Shown here piece after piece: positions 14,075 through 29,176 of a DNA stretch of 64,000 nucleotides (its first letter is position 1; each line of letters begins with the position of its first letter). The stretch is from the human T2T-CHM13v2.0 reference genome, Homo sapiens. The DNA lies in the NCBI RefSeq assembly GCF_009914755.1, contig NC_060927.1. One strand, 5' to 3'. The notes beneath the pieces are model-generated. The model searched no databases. It worked only from the letters and a program-made list of their open reading frames with translations, and was not told the origin of the DNA. Both the position numbers and the translations under genes were made by a program.

Positions 14075-14951
14075 TGTGATAAATTCTGTTATTACTGGAA
14101 CAAAGTACCATAAACTTCCTGGCTTAACACAAATTTTCATCTTAGAGTTCTATAGGTCAGAAGTCCAACATGGGTCCTGAGAGGCTAAAATCAAGATGTC
14201 AGCAGGGCTGCATTCCTTCCTGTAGGTCTAGGGAAGGATCCATTCCTTGCCCATTTGTTGGCAGAATTAAGCTCCTTGCAGTCGTAGGACCAAGATCCCT
14301 ATTTTCCTGATGGCTGTCAATTGAAGGTCACTTCAGCTTCTACAGGTCATAGCATTCCTTGGCTCTTATCCCCCTTCCTAGATCTTCAAAGTGAGCAACA
14401 AAGGGTTCAGTACTTGTCACATCACATTTCCCTCATACCTCTTCTGAGATCATAAATCGCAGACACAAATGTGGTCTTCATAACTAGACAAGTTACATTT
14501 CTTAAGGAGATCTGTCCTGACCACCTATTTAATGCCACTGTGGAACCTCCCTCCCTGTCCCACTGTAGCCCTGATCTCCCTGACTCTGAGCTATTTTTTC
14601 CATAGCATTTCTCATCTCATATAATTTCTCATTTATTTATTATACTCATTGACTGTCTCTCTCCTCTAGAATGTCAGCTCCATAAGAGCAGGAAAGTTTT
14701 GTTCACTGAGGTATCCTATCCACATCCTATCCTATCACTGATGTATTCTTACCACAGTCTAAAAGAGTCTCAGGTTTTAAATGCTCATGTGATGAGACTG
14801 GGCCCACCTGCATAATCTAGAATGATCTCCTCACCTCAAGTTCCTTAATCTTAATCACATCTGCAAAGCCTTTTGTGCCATGTATGGTAACACATTCATA
14901 CCCAGGATTTGGGTATGAACATTATTGGGGGCCATTATTCTGCCTACCACA
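14075..14951 (-). mobile_element. MLT1D-like LTR interrupted by an L2 fragment
   Basis: MLT1D-like sequence at 14075-~14445 and ~14750-14951, ending 'gggggccattattctgcctaccaca'. Confidence 0.8.
14490..14720 (+). mobile_element. L2a 3' fragment
   Basis: 'cctgaccacctatttaa...ctagaatgtcagctccataagagcagg...gttcactg'. Confidence 0.75.
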
Positions 14952-15050
14952 CAAGTGCTTGATAAAAGACAGCTATTCTCTCTTCAAAGATTAAAGATAA
15001 ATATTTGCAAGCCAGTACGCCTATTTAAAATTAGGTTGATTGGTTTAACT

Positions 15051-15231
15051 AAGTGGTTCCAAATGGTGGATATTTGACAATATCTGGAGACACTTTTGGT
15101 TGCCACAACCAGAAGGGAGAGGGTGACATTAATCCTTATTAGGTCAAGGCTAGGGATGCTACTAAATATCCCACAATGCACAACACACTCTCCATAACAA
15201 ACATCATTATACTGCCAAGGTTGAGAAACTG
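15051..15231. mobile_element. MER20 hAT MITE
   Basis: 'tggttgccacaacc...ggctagggatgctactaaatatcccacaatgcaca...tgccaaggttgagaaact'; flanks gtttaact / atttaact. Confidence 0.8.
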
Positions 15232-15469
15232 ATTTAACTGAACCTTAGGAAAAGCTAATTGATCTACACGGGAATCAAAATTTTATTTTATCAAATGAAC
15301 TTTTATTGATGCCATAATCAAATGGTATCTTATGATGCGTGACAAAACATTTTTTTCTTCAGCTGGAAAAAATATCTTTAGTGTGTTTAAGACATGGTAT
15401 AAGTAGGTGGCTGTATTTCTTTTGAAATTTCAACCTGTTCTAAGAAATGAGAATGGACTTAGAGAAATG

Positions 15470-15750
15470 TATTCATTAATTCATTTACTGAAGATCTATC
15501 AAGGGTCAGACACTGTCCCAGGCATGCAGGATACATCAGTGAACAAAACTTCCCTGCTCTTATGGAGCTGACATTCTAGAGGAGGGAGAGAGTCAATGAC
15601 AATAATAAATAAATGAGAAATTATATGAGAGGAGGAGTACTATGGAAAAAATAGCTCAGAGTCAGGGAGATCAGGGCTACAGTGAGATAGGGAGGGAGGT
15701 TCCACAGTGGCATTAAATAGGTCATCAGGACAGATCTCTTAAGAAATGTA
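15470..15750 (-). mobile_element. L2a fragment
   Basis: 'attcattaattcatttactga...ggatacatcagtgaacaaaa...cttatggagctgacattctag'. Confidence 0.8.
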
Positions 15751-17187
15751 ACTTGTCTAGTTATGAAGACCACATTCCATCTCATTTTCTTAATCTTATT
15801 TGCAAATTATATTTGTGAGACGTGAACACTGAGATAGCCTTGCATTTCTATTCTCGTCGAGAAACATTAAGTGGAAAAGAGATGAACCCATCAATATCAA
15901 CTCATCATAAACAAAAGCTCAGGGCTTGCAACTCAAACCCTTGAGGTGCCTTCTCACTGCACTTCAGTGTCAGGAACAAATAGGCGTTCAAGCATTATGA
16001 AGCTCCAAGCTATGGAGTAAACTTCCTTCTCCCCCTTCCTTGCCCCACTCCAAAAAAAAGTAAACAGATCCAAGGACAGGTCAAATGTGCTGTGAGCATC
16101 TTGTTTGCTGAAACCATCTAATATGCATTATGCTGACTGCATTATATTTGTCATTTAAGTAAGGTGAAAAATGAAAAACAGTTGGTTTAGTGCTTGTACA
16201 CTAAACCTTCAATTCCCTTAAAAAAAAAAAAAAAAACTATGAGAAGCTAGAGAAAGTAAATTAAAATACAATTTAAAACAATTCCTTTATATATATATTG
16301 GTCTATGCCACCAATTCTAATTTCTATCTTTGAAATCAAAATGACCAGTGACTGCCTGAAAAATAGCTAGGTCCTAAATTGCAGTATGTTTTAAATTTTG
16401 AGAGTTTGTATCCCTCCATAATTTTGTAATTAATCTTTCGAATTCTGGTCTCAAAAATTTGGCCCTGAAATATTTTGAGAAGCACCACCATTTATTCTTC
16501 TAACATAAAAGAAAAATCAATTTAGAAGACAATTGGCTTCCCTGCTATTAGCTGTGTCTGATTATGTTCATGCTATGAAAATTCTAGTCAGCAAGTTGAA
16601 ACTTGTTGTTGTTGAATTTGCTGTTAAACAAATCAAGGAGAGAAATCAATATTTTCCAAATACAGCCTGGGGGAGAACCGTAGCAGGAGGAGAAATGGTG
16701 CTCTCAGTCATCTAGGGAGTCTACACCACAGAGTTGGAGCATATATTTAAAAATTAACTTTCCCAAACATCCTTTTATGGCCCATTTTGACAATATTTCT
16801 GGTTACATATTATCCTGCAGTTTGGCTATTTTTTTAAACTCTCCCTGTCCAAATTCATTCCAGTGGGAGCTGCCTGTTGGCAGTGTAGGCCTGTGATTAA
16901 CTCACTGTGTGTAATTCATTTAACAGCATAATGTGCTTTTGCAAGTGCTGCTGCAGCACAAAAAGAAACTGCCAACATTAGCATTCCTGGGTCATGCAAC
17001 CTGCCCCACTAGGCCTAGTCATTTAGAACAGACCCCTCCAATAAGCTTTCTCACACCCTGTGTTACACTGAGGATGCTATTTGACTGCTACCCAAATCCC
17101 TATGAGAGGCAGCTATCCACATGTCTTCTTTAACAACAGGAGATGGTTTCCAGCTGTGCAGTGACCTCACCCTCTACTGCCTTGCCA

Positions 17188-17757
17188 TTCAATGCAAGGT
17201 CCCTGAACCAGCAACATTAGAAATACCTGGGACCTTGTTTGAATCACAGAATCTCAGGCCCCTCACCAGATCTAATGCATTAGTTCATTTGCATTGCTAT
17301 AAAGGAATACCTGAGGTTGGGTAATTTATAAAGAAAAGAGGTTTATTTTGGCTCACAGTTCTGCAGGCTGTAAAAGCATAGCACCCACATCTGCTGTGGG
17401 CCTCAGGAAGCTTACAGTCATGGCAGAGGGAAAAGTGGGAGCCAGTGTATCACGTGGTGACAAAGGGAGCAAGAGACAGACGAGGAAGTTCCAGGCTCTT
17501 TTAAACAACCAGATCTCATATGAACTCATGGAGTGAGAACACACTCATTCTCTCAAGGAGGGCACCAAGCCATCCATGAGGGGATCCACCCCCATGACCT
17601 GAACACCTCCCACTAAGCCCTACCTCCAACATTGGAGGTCACATTTTCACATGAGATTTAGAGCAGACAAAACATCCAAACCATACCATCTAGGAATCGG
17701 ATCCGGCATTTTAACAAGATCCCCCAGGTATGCATATTAAAGTGCGAGGAACTCACT
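17188..17757. mobile_element. MER5A split by an MST LTR
   Basis: 'cagaatctcaggcccctcaccagatct' left of, and 'gcattttaacaagatcccccaggt' right of, the MST. Confidence 0.75.
17276..17688 (-). mobile_element. MSTA/MSTB MaLR solo LTR
   Basis: TG...CA termini, MST consensus throughout, 5-bp TSD TCTAA (17271-17275) / TCTAG (17689-17693). Confidence 0.92.
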
Positions 17758-17771
17758 TTAATAAAGTGGAC

Positions 17772-18190
17772 ACCAATTGTTCAGCCTTCCCAGCATCCCT
17801 TCCTACTTTTTAAAATCCCAGCCCCCCAATTCTCCTTTAGGAAACTACTCTTCTCCAATCTCAGGCTACGGGATTCAAATGTTCCTAACTGCCTGCCCCT
17901 GGGTGGCCAGATAAAAGCTTTCATCACACTGGCCTCTGTGATTAATCAGGAAGCCCATGCACTCCAAGCCAGAGCAATGAACGTTAGCCACATTTGCTAG
18001 AATGAAGGGAAAGAAGCATGCTCTTCTCTGTACAGTTACCAACCTAGTAAGATGGAAGCCTGGAGCTACTGTAACCATCTCTATCTCTTCATACAGAAAG
18101 TCTGACTGAGCATTAGACAGAGCCTCGAGATAAAGACTCGAAAAGTCATTGTTTGAGCACTTGAATCATCCTGCCGAGATCCACATACCC
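17772..18190 (+). mobile_element. Old MaLR/ERVL LTR fragment (MLT1K/L-like)
   Basis: 'aagcctggagctactgtaaccatct...cattgtttgagcacttgaatca'. Confidence 0.55.
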
Positions 18191-18235
18191 TCTCTAGGCA
18201 AGGGGCAGACATTCAAGGGAGTAAGGATAGGATTC

Positions 18236-20492
<2,257 letters not shown>

Positions 20493-22249
20493 TTACCACC
20501 AGCAACATAATTGTTCCCCAAGGTTCTCAGCATCCTTCCCCAAAACCCCTCTCTACCTAATCTATGTTAGTTGGATTAGGGTTGTTACAGTTAGGCAAGT
20601 TAGATGTTCTTCTAACTTGTGTCCATGCGCTAGGGCCATGGTCTGGAATCCCAAGCGAATAAGCATCCTGCCACTAATCTCCTGGTTTATATCTCATGCA
20701 TGATGAGTCACCCCAAACACACATACACAGCCCAATGCTTCTGTCATGGAGTCCTCTCAGGCCAGAGAGGCTCTCAGGTGTATCAGCAGCTGGACCTAGG
20801 GGAAGAACACCAAGTCTGCAACACACACTGAAGATCTTCTTGGGTTCAACTAAATATTCAGATTCACAAAAATGCCACAGGCTACACTCAGCATCCATCT
20901 ATTACATTATGGACAAAAACCAGAGCTTGCCAAAAGTATAGCTTCAGGGATTCCGGTTCTATAGAAATCCTTTTAGTAGTCTAGCAGCTGAAGTACAAGG
21001 AGATGAGACACACAGTGGGTAGACATAGGATCCACTCTGGCCTAAAAGCTGCCAGCCCATAGGATCCATAGCTTCCAAGGTTCCTGCAAGATAGATGCTC
21101 AGGTAAGAGTCACAACTCTTAGGGGAGTCCAAAGCATAGCTTCCCTATATAGTATTTATAGTTTATAGCCCTCCCAGTCCAGATACAAGTTGACAATCAA
21201 AGGTCATTTTTGGCACAAGCAATTCTGCCTGGAAACACAGTTGACATTCTGTCATTGTCAAGTTACCAGGGGAATTGAGCTAAAGGGTTAACCAGAGGTC
21301 AAATTCTCATTCAAAAAGGGAAAGGGCTTTGTTAACTATTTGTCCACAAAGCTAATAAAAATGGAAAATAGCCTCAGAAAATACGGAAGGATTCTTAAAG
21401 AGGCTGTGGTGCCCCACAGTTAAGATGAACATATAGGCAGAGCAATTATGTGGAAAACAAATGCAAACACAACCAGCTCTCCTTTATAATAGGACCATTT
21501 CAGTGATGGGGCCAGGGTTCCCCTGGGTGGAGTACCATGGATGGAGTGCTCGGCCTGCTGAAGTACAGGTGCAGCTCTGCCTCTCACCACTGCATGCACT
21601 TGCAACAGAAAACAATGAGCAGATACCTGTCACCAATTGTACTAGCCCTTCTTACGAAGGCTGAACTGAGGCCTACAGAAGGCATTCTTGCTGAAAAGTC
21701 ATGAGAATAGATGTAAGAATGTGCCCACTTCTGGCATCTGTGTCTATTAGATGGAGATTGGCATGGCCAAGGCTAACCACCTCACATACACTGCAATGAC
21801 CAGGAATCCCTTGCAATCCTCCTGTAGTGCACACAAGCAGTAAGAAGAAACCCCTCCCCCACCACTGTCTTATCTTCCCCAGCCTAGCGAGAAACCAAGA
21901 ACAATGTATAGTGAGCTTCCACTAGAACTTAGTGGCATTAGAGGTTGTCATTTAATTATCAAACTGTGCCAAAACCTGGCAGAAAAACTGAGTTCCCCAA
22001 TATACTACATGGGTAGTCCTATCAAGTTCTGCCAATACCAATAACCACCTAAAAGCACAAGGACCATAATCATCAAAGCCACCAATATTAGCCACGTTGC
22101 CAGAAATACCTCCAAATGCCACTACTGAGCTTCCAATACCACAAAGCCACTATTATCTAAAACTAGTTATTATAACCAGAGCTATAAAATTGCCAATATC
22201 CAAAATATGTACCACTGTTGCTGTCACCCAGAAGCCCATGTCCAATATC

Positions 22250-22778
22250 AAATATTAGCTATTGTCACAGTAATGCTGTGTAACAAACCAACCTAAAATT
22301 AAGCGGCTGTAAACAATAACCATCTATTATTGCTCGTGGTTCTTCAGATTAATCAGACAGTTCCTCTGGTCTGGCCCAGGTTTTTCTGATCTCAGCCAGA
22401 TGTGTTCATTGGCTGCAGTTAGCAGGTAGGTTAGCTGGGCTCTGGCGTCTATGATGTCCTCATCTAGATAACTGAGTTCTGCCATAAATGATCTCTTACC
22501 TTCCAGCAGGCTGGGTCACGCTTGTTCATGTTAAAGGAAGAGGGACACTAGCAAGAGGAGAAGCACAAAGGGCCTTTTGGGATCTAAGGCTTAGAACTGA
22601 CACATGTAATTTCAGCCACTTTCTGCTGGGCAGAGCAAGTGACAAGATAAGCTCTGATTCAAAGGGGAGGAGGAGATAGACTCCACCTTGTAATAGTTGT
22701 CACAAAGTCTCACTGCAAAAGGTATGTGTACATGGATATGTGGAGACTTAGGGCCATGTTTTTAATCAATCTGCCACA
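22250..22778 (-). mobile_element. MLT1H/J-like LTR
   Basis: 'tattagctattgtcacagtaatgctgtgtaacaaacc...aatcaatctgccaca'. Confidence 0.75.
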
Positions 22779-22809
22779 GGCACTTTGAATCATAGTGCCA
22801 CGTATACCT

Positions 22810-23182
22810 TGACGTATACCTCTTCTTTGATCAGAACTTTAGTCAGTCTCTTCTGAGTCCTCTGCTTAACTAGGCTCTACCTTGGGCTTCCCTATCTGTC
22901 CTCATAGAATCCAGTTTGAGCAAGAATCCTGCGTAGTCAGTTTAGTGAAAATCCGCCACCTTTGGTATCTGACCTCCCCTTATCCTTGATGTTTCCTCTT
23001 AGTAATTTTCCACTCACTGACCCCATCCTGCTCCTTGATTAAAAATCCCCACTTGTCCTTGCTGGAGAGGGAGTTGAGTTCAATCTCTTCCCCACTGCAA
23101 GACCCCATTGCAGTGGTCCCTGTACATATTGCCATGACCCCCTTCCCATCTTTAGCAAGGGTCATGAATTATTTTCTTTAAA
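22810..23182 (+). mobile_element. MER31-like ERV1 solo LTR
   Basis: 'aactttagtcagtctcttctgagtcctctgcttaactaggc...cctcttagtaattttccactcactgaccc'. Confidence 0.75.
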
Positions 23183-24304
23183 AATCTGGACTCTGCTCCC
23201 CACTAAGCTGTGGCCTATGAGAAGAATCCATAGTCTATTTCAATTGTAATTGATTTTTTTTCCTAACTCTCAGAAATACAAGAACATTTTTTAATACCAC
23301 ATCCTGACAAAGTGGTCCCTGAGAATGATAAACAATATATATTCAAACATTAACTTCTTTCATCATTTTGCAAATTTTACAGTATGTGATTGTGGCTTTT
23401 AGAATAATCATTCCAATAGATAATGTGTCAGCTTTCTTCCTATGAAAGGATCAAATCCGTTTCTTTGGGGAGTCTTCCATGAGTACATTTTTAGAAAGCG
23501 AATGTTCATTTTCTTGATAAATAAATATACAACTTTGAAAAAGTTTCCTGGGAAGAAGGAGCAAATGAGCAAGGTTGAATAATTACCAGTCATTACTGAA
23601 AAAATCAGAAACTATTTACAAGACACAAATACACAGTGAAACATATTATATGAAGTGAAATAATATAAAACTTGGCAGGAACCCAAGCTTAATGAGTTTT
23701 AGGATATGGTTTTAGAAGCACCAGGGATTTTCTGTGAGTACCCACATCAGCATGAGATCTGGTCTTACTGGGAGCTGCTTACCCCTACTCAAAGATGGCC
23801 CCAAGAGTGAAGAAGTCAATGCCTCTTTGAAGGCCTTGTATAGAAAGATGGCACATCCTCTTTCAGCTGACAGATAGGATCTCTGGGAGCCTGTCCTATC
23901 AGCACCTTCCAAACTGTGATGCTGGTGACTCCATCATTAGATCTCAGCACCAACTGTTGGGGCTGAAGAAGCTGTTCCTCAGACACAAGGTCGCATGCTC
24001 ACAGGTCAAATAATGCAGATAGCAGTGGAAGATGTTGGCATATTTTGCTTAATATTAATTTTGTTTGTCGAACCATGCCGCTATTAGTCTGTTCTGGTAG
24101 TGCTATAGATTTCATTGTGCATCACTTGCTGCCTCTTTTGGGGTAGAGTAGGAATAGCATGTGTATTGTTGGGGAATTAGGAGGCCCTTCAAACCATGAG
24201 GAAAAATCACTGAGATGGGAGGCCAATGTTTCAAAACTGTTTCTGTGGCTATTGTTCCAGAGAATCTCTGGACCCAGACACATTCCCAAAGTTTCAATTA
24301 TAAA

Positions 24305-25212
24305 GACTCATTCCTTCAACAAATATTTATTGCACACATACTTGGTGCCAGGAATTGTGCTAGGCACTACAGATACTGCAGTGTTTACATAGACAAGGTT
24401 TCTGCTCTAATGTACATCAAATATAGAAGCCATGTAATAAACAGGAAACATATAGGTGAACAAAAGAAGTACAGCTTGTGATAAATTCTAAGTAGGAATA
24501 AACAGAGAACAAGGATGGAGAAGAATGGCAGAAGGGAAGGCAGGCCAGCCGACATTCAGTACATGTCAGGAAATGACTGTCTAGAGGGTGACACTGAAAC
24601 TGAATTTCAAAGAATGAGTAGGAGGCAGGCATGCAAGTCTCTGGAAGGACAGAGGAACAGAAGTGGGAAGTCCCTGAGGCCAGAAAAGACCCATTCTAGG
24701 GCCTATCAGAAGGCATGTGGCTACCACAGTCAGTCTCTGGGGAGAGAGGCATGAGATGGAGTCCGAAAGGGGTGGTTCTTCCGACCCATGAGCATAGAAT
24801 GCTTTTCCATGCATTTGTGTCACTTCTGATTTCTCTCAGGAGTGCTTTGTCATTCTCCTTGTGGGGATCTTTCACCTCCTTGGGTACTATGCCCACTACC
24901 TGGGCCATAGGATCATTTGTACCCCAAACCTCAGCATCATGCAATATACCCATCTAGCAAACCTGCACATGTACCCCTTGAATCTAAAATAAATGTTGAA
25001 GTTTTTTTAAAAAGCAGCAGCAGAAGAAGAAGAGAAAAGAAAAGAAAGGGCTGTGGGAAAGAGATGAGGCAGAGCCTCTTAGGTCCCGGTAGAGAATGCA
25101 CAGTTTATTCTCAAAATAAAAGGAAGCCATAGGAAGGCTTTTAAACAGGGAGTGGCATTATCTCAAGCATTTTTTAAAGATCCATCTGGTTACTGGGTGA
25201 AGAATAGATTAC
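24305..25212 (-). mobile_element. L2a, interrupted by an L1 at 24775-25043
   Basis: 'ctcattccttcaacaaatatttattgcacacatacttggtgccagg' start; resumes 'ggaagccataggaaggcttttaaacagggagtggcat'. Confidence 0.85.
24775..25043 (+). mobile_element. Short old L1 (L1PA13-16-like 3' end) with inverted ORF2 piece
   Basis: 24775-24884 antisense ORF2 (KEVKDPHKENDKALLREIRSDTNAWKSILCSWVGR) fused to a sense 3' end 'ctatgcccactacctggg...aacctgcacatgtacccc...aaaataaa'; TSD GAAAGGGGTG / GAAAGGGCTG. Confidence 0.85.
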
Positions 25213-27261
25213 GTCTATATTATCATATTTATGTAAATATACTGATACATACCAGCGTATCAAGATACGCTCCCCAGAGTGATATTAATTTGGGCAAAAG
25301 GCCCATAAATCACCTCGCCTCCATATAAGAATAAATATTGTTTTAACGCATTGCCAAAAGCAGCACGCGCCAGAATTTATTAGTTTGTGTTAATTTTTAA
25401 TTTGATGCTTGAGCTCCTCCTTGTGGCTGCATGGTTGCAAGCTCCTTGGCAATGCCAGTTTCCACATAGCAACTAGGAAGCTTTTCTTTCTCTCTTTCTT
25501 TCTTTTTTTTTTTAACTGTCCTTATTAATCAAAAGTGCAAAGCCTAAAATGGGGGCTTGAGGTTTAATTAGTGCATTTGAAAAAATAAGTTGATATGCTA
25601 TTACAGATGAATACTTATATATAATATATGCACTACATAATACATAGTATGATATGGTTACATTCTCACTGAAACCTGTTGCTGCCTGTAATACTCTTGC
25701 CAACATCTGGTAATTATTAGAGTAAGATATAAGGTCTTTGCCTTCCCTCAAAAGTAATTTCATCAAATAAAAGAATGTATTTAACAAATCCACAGCAACT
25801 GAACAAAAGGCATGTCTTTACATTTCATCTTCTCAGTAGAAAAATGAGTTAGGACATATTCATCTTCTGTGGAAGAGACAAATATAAATAATTGTTATCT
25901 TCATTCGTTCATTGGTTGGTGACTGACAACTTGAATTAGAGAGAAACCCAACCAGTTGGGCATTAGGGAATTTCTAACTGTTGTATCCCTCAGTTAAGAA
26001 GAATTACAGCTTTGGAAAATCGCTCTCAGAAGGCACATTTATTCAAAAAAAAAATCTCATTTTCAACCCATTTTGATGTGTAGAAAGCTTTCATGCCATG
26101 AGATATTCCATGCATATTATGAGCTAGAAGGGAGAAGAGCCTGTTCAGCTCTGGAGAGAGCTAAGTTGTGTTACCTACAGATAAAGTTAAACCTCTACCA
26201 CCGTAATTCTATGTATCTTTCTTCTAAGCTCCACTTATTATTCCCAATGTACTTCTAGTGCATTTAGAATTTCCAAGTAGCAGCAGTTGGGCTGGCACCT
26301 AATAAAGAATCTGGGAATTTGATGGGGCCAGTCAGACAGAGGTCACCATAGTAGTGATACCTTCCCTTGGACAGGTAGGAATATCCTGATGGATAATGTT
26401 TGAAACCTACAAATGACCCCAGAGCATGAATGACAATAAACAACTATGCAAGGTGGAATAACACATTTAAAATTCTACTAATGCCACGCTCATGTTGCTG
26501 ACACAGCCTACTGGACTACCCTGGGTGTGATTCCTATAGGAAATTGTACTTAACCACAAAGACTTGCTTTGAAATAGCTATAAGGCAGACTGCTATAGAA
26601 TTTTGTTGCTGGTCACAACTCATGAGAGTGGTAGTAACATAAAGAAAAAGCATAAATGCCTGCAGTTACTTGCAAACAAGTAACCATAATATTGGGAACA
26701 TAGAGCATTATTCTATGATGTGTTATTGCTTTATGACGTATAAACCATAGAACATTTCAGTCATAGCCATCTCATCTTTTTGCTGTTACTGTCAAAAGAG
26801 GGATAGGTCACTAAAAAATGGAAACCAATTTTGTGGTAGCATTAGTTTGAGTAACAGATTCATAAGATGCAAAAATATTTGCAACAAAAATAGAATAAAA
26901 CCACAGAAAACAGAAATACTCAAGAGTGATAATGAATATGATATATCTAAAGCACAGGATAACTTAAACATATTAGAAATATGAAATTAATATACAAGTC
27001 ACTACAGATGACGTGATTTAAAAACATTTTAAATTATCTGAATAGTGATATACAAAAAGATATAAAAATTTAAACCATTTTCAGCAGCACTGAAACTATA
27101 GTTTTGCATGGACTGTGTAAACATGATCTCCAACATAGTTCAGGAGATCAGTCAGGATCTTTCTGGTGTAAATGACAGGAATTCAACTCAAACTAGTGCA
27201 AGCATTTTTTCATAACTAAAAAATGCAAGGATGAAGAGGGCCACAGGAAATCAATGTTCAT

Positions 27262-27291
27262 TCTCTCTCTCTGTCTCTCTCTCTTTCTCTC

Positions 27292-27322
<31 letters not shown>

Positions 27323-27350
27323 TTCTCTTCCTCTCTCCCTCTCTGTCTGC
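27262..27350. repeat. (TC)n-rich microsatellite
   Basis: Interrupted TC/TCTG run. Confidence 0.95.
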
Positions 27351-27438
27351 TCTGCTACTTTCTGAACTGTATCCTCACTCTTTCCTGAATAGACACCTTG
27401 TTCTATGTAGCTGGGTTTAGGGTCAGAAGCAAATGGCC

Positions 27439-28308
27439 TGCTACGCTCTGAATGTCCGTGTCCCCCCAAAATTCCTATGTTAAAATCTAATCCCCAATGC
27501 GATGGTGTTAGGAGGTGGAGCCTGTGGAAGGTGATTAGGGATTGGTGTCACCGTGGCAAAGGAGCTCACTACCAGATGCGCTAGAAGTCAATACTCTGAC
27601 ACCGGGTTTTTGAGAAAAGAAAGACTTTTTACTGCAAGTAGACTCCCAAAGAGACAGGAGTCAAGCTCAAATCTGTCTCCCTGGGCTGGGGCTAAGGCAG
27701 TTATTTTATTAGAAAAGGTTTAGCGGGTGGATTCCGAGATTAGCAGGTGATTGGTGGAAGGAAAGGGGAGGTCTGGAAAGTCCTCAGGCATGCGTGGTTC
27801 TCTCTTCATGCCTCTTTCTTGGGGCCCATGTGCAAATTCGGGGGGAGTTAGTATGAAATGTGGTGGAAATTCAGGCTGTGACATCAGCAAGCTCACTCTG
27901 CACAAACTCCAGTCAGCCACATTGCTCCCAACTAATTTCAGCTAGTTTTGTTACCTTTTAAATGGAGGGATTTTCAGAATTTCAGCAAGTTGTTTCTTTT
28001 CTTAACTGCTATCCTGCAACTCAATATTTTATGTTAGTCACAGGTTTCTTTAATTCTTCAGGGCATGGTTTCATTAGCGCCCTTACAAAAGAGGCCCCAG
28101 AGAGCTGCCTTACCCCTTCTGCTGTGTGAGGACACAGCCAGAAGAAGCCACCCATGAACCAGAAAGTGGTCCCTCACCAGACACGGAATCTTCCAGCACC
28201 TTGATCTTAAACTTTCCAGCCTTCAGAACTGTGAGAAATAAATTTCTGCTGTCTATAAGGTGCTCAGTCTATGGTATTTTGTTATAGCAGCCCAAATGGA
28301 CTAAGACA
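27439..28308 (+). mobile_element. MLT1A/MSTD-like LTR (split)
   Basis: 'tgctacgctctgaatgt...' to '...ttatagcagcccaaatggactaagaca'; 5-bp TSD TGGCC / TGGCT. Confidence 0.88.
27546..28073 (-). mobile_element. ERV1-class solo LTR (MER66-like)
   Basis: TG...CA, 528 bp, 4-bp TSD TTGG / TTAG; minus strand starts 'tgaaaccatgccctgaagaattaaagaaacc'. Confidence 0.75.
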
Positions 28309-28625
28309 TGGCTACAGACATTCCTATTCCCAGAGGACAAACACCATTTTTCTCTTACGGCACTCCATGTTAAATCTATAGTAAGGATTCCAAGGGGCCC
28401 AGTTTGCGGCACATCCTCACATCTCTGGGCCAATTTCCAAAGTCTGAAGAATGGGGTGTTCTAATGGCCATCCTTGGATTCGCTGTAGCTTGGTGGAGGC
28501 TGGGAGGCAAAGAACAGGATATTGTGATCTGTGGCCTTCTTATACACAGACTACTCACAGCAAGGTGCTATTGCCCGAAAAGGAGGAGGGTCAGGAAGTA
28601 TGAGAGGGGATAGCTAAGCAGGAAT

Positions 28626-28648
28626 ACACACACACACACACACACACA
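28626..28648. repeat. (AC)n microsatellite
   Basis: About 11 units. Confidence 0.95.
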
Positions 28649-29176
28649 ATCTACTATTTGCTATTAGGTCAATTGATCACCAGCTCTAGAAAAGTGGTTA
28701 TAGGGTATCAGCCCACTCCCATATGGCTCCACAGTGGGGGAAGGGGAGAAGCAAAGTGAATGAATCACTATGGGAAGGTAGACTTTACTTCAAATACAGA
28801 GAGAACTTTCTAACAATTAGAGGACACAAAAGATGCCATAAGCTATACCTCATAATATACTGAGTCTCCCATTTCTGGAGATGTTCAGTTATGAGCTGGA
28901 AGACAATTAGGCAGAGATGTTGCAATGGGAATATAAATTTCAGATGGGTGGGAAGTGAATCCAAATTACAATAACCTTGAACATTTATGATTCTGCAAAT
29001 TATAACATATCGGATGGGATGAGATTTATCCTCAGGGACAGTGTTGGCCATTAGACATTTTGGTTCTTGGGACCTGCCTTCTGATGGAGGTCACCGTCTG
29101 GTGGTCCATGGACCACCTAGTATTATTTTAAATATTTTATTTAATTGCCAATACTGCAAACTCTTGGAAAATTCTT

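Larger units (their letters stand above)
27148..28620 (-). mobile_element. Outer MLT1K/L-like LTR hosting nested LTRs
   Basis: 'cagtcaggatctttctggtgtaaatgacaggaattcaactcaaactag' start; right boundary approximate. Confidence 0.6.

Noticed and set aside
25446-25458. TTGGCAATGCCAG as an NFI site
   Set aside because: Spacer is 3 nt rather than the 5 nt required
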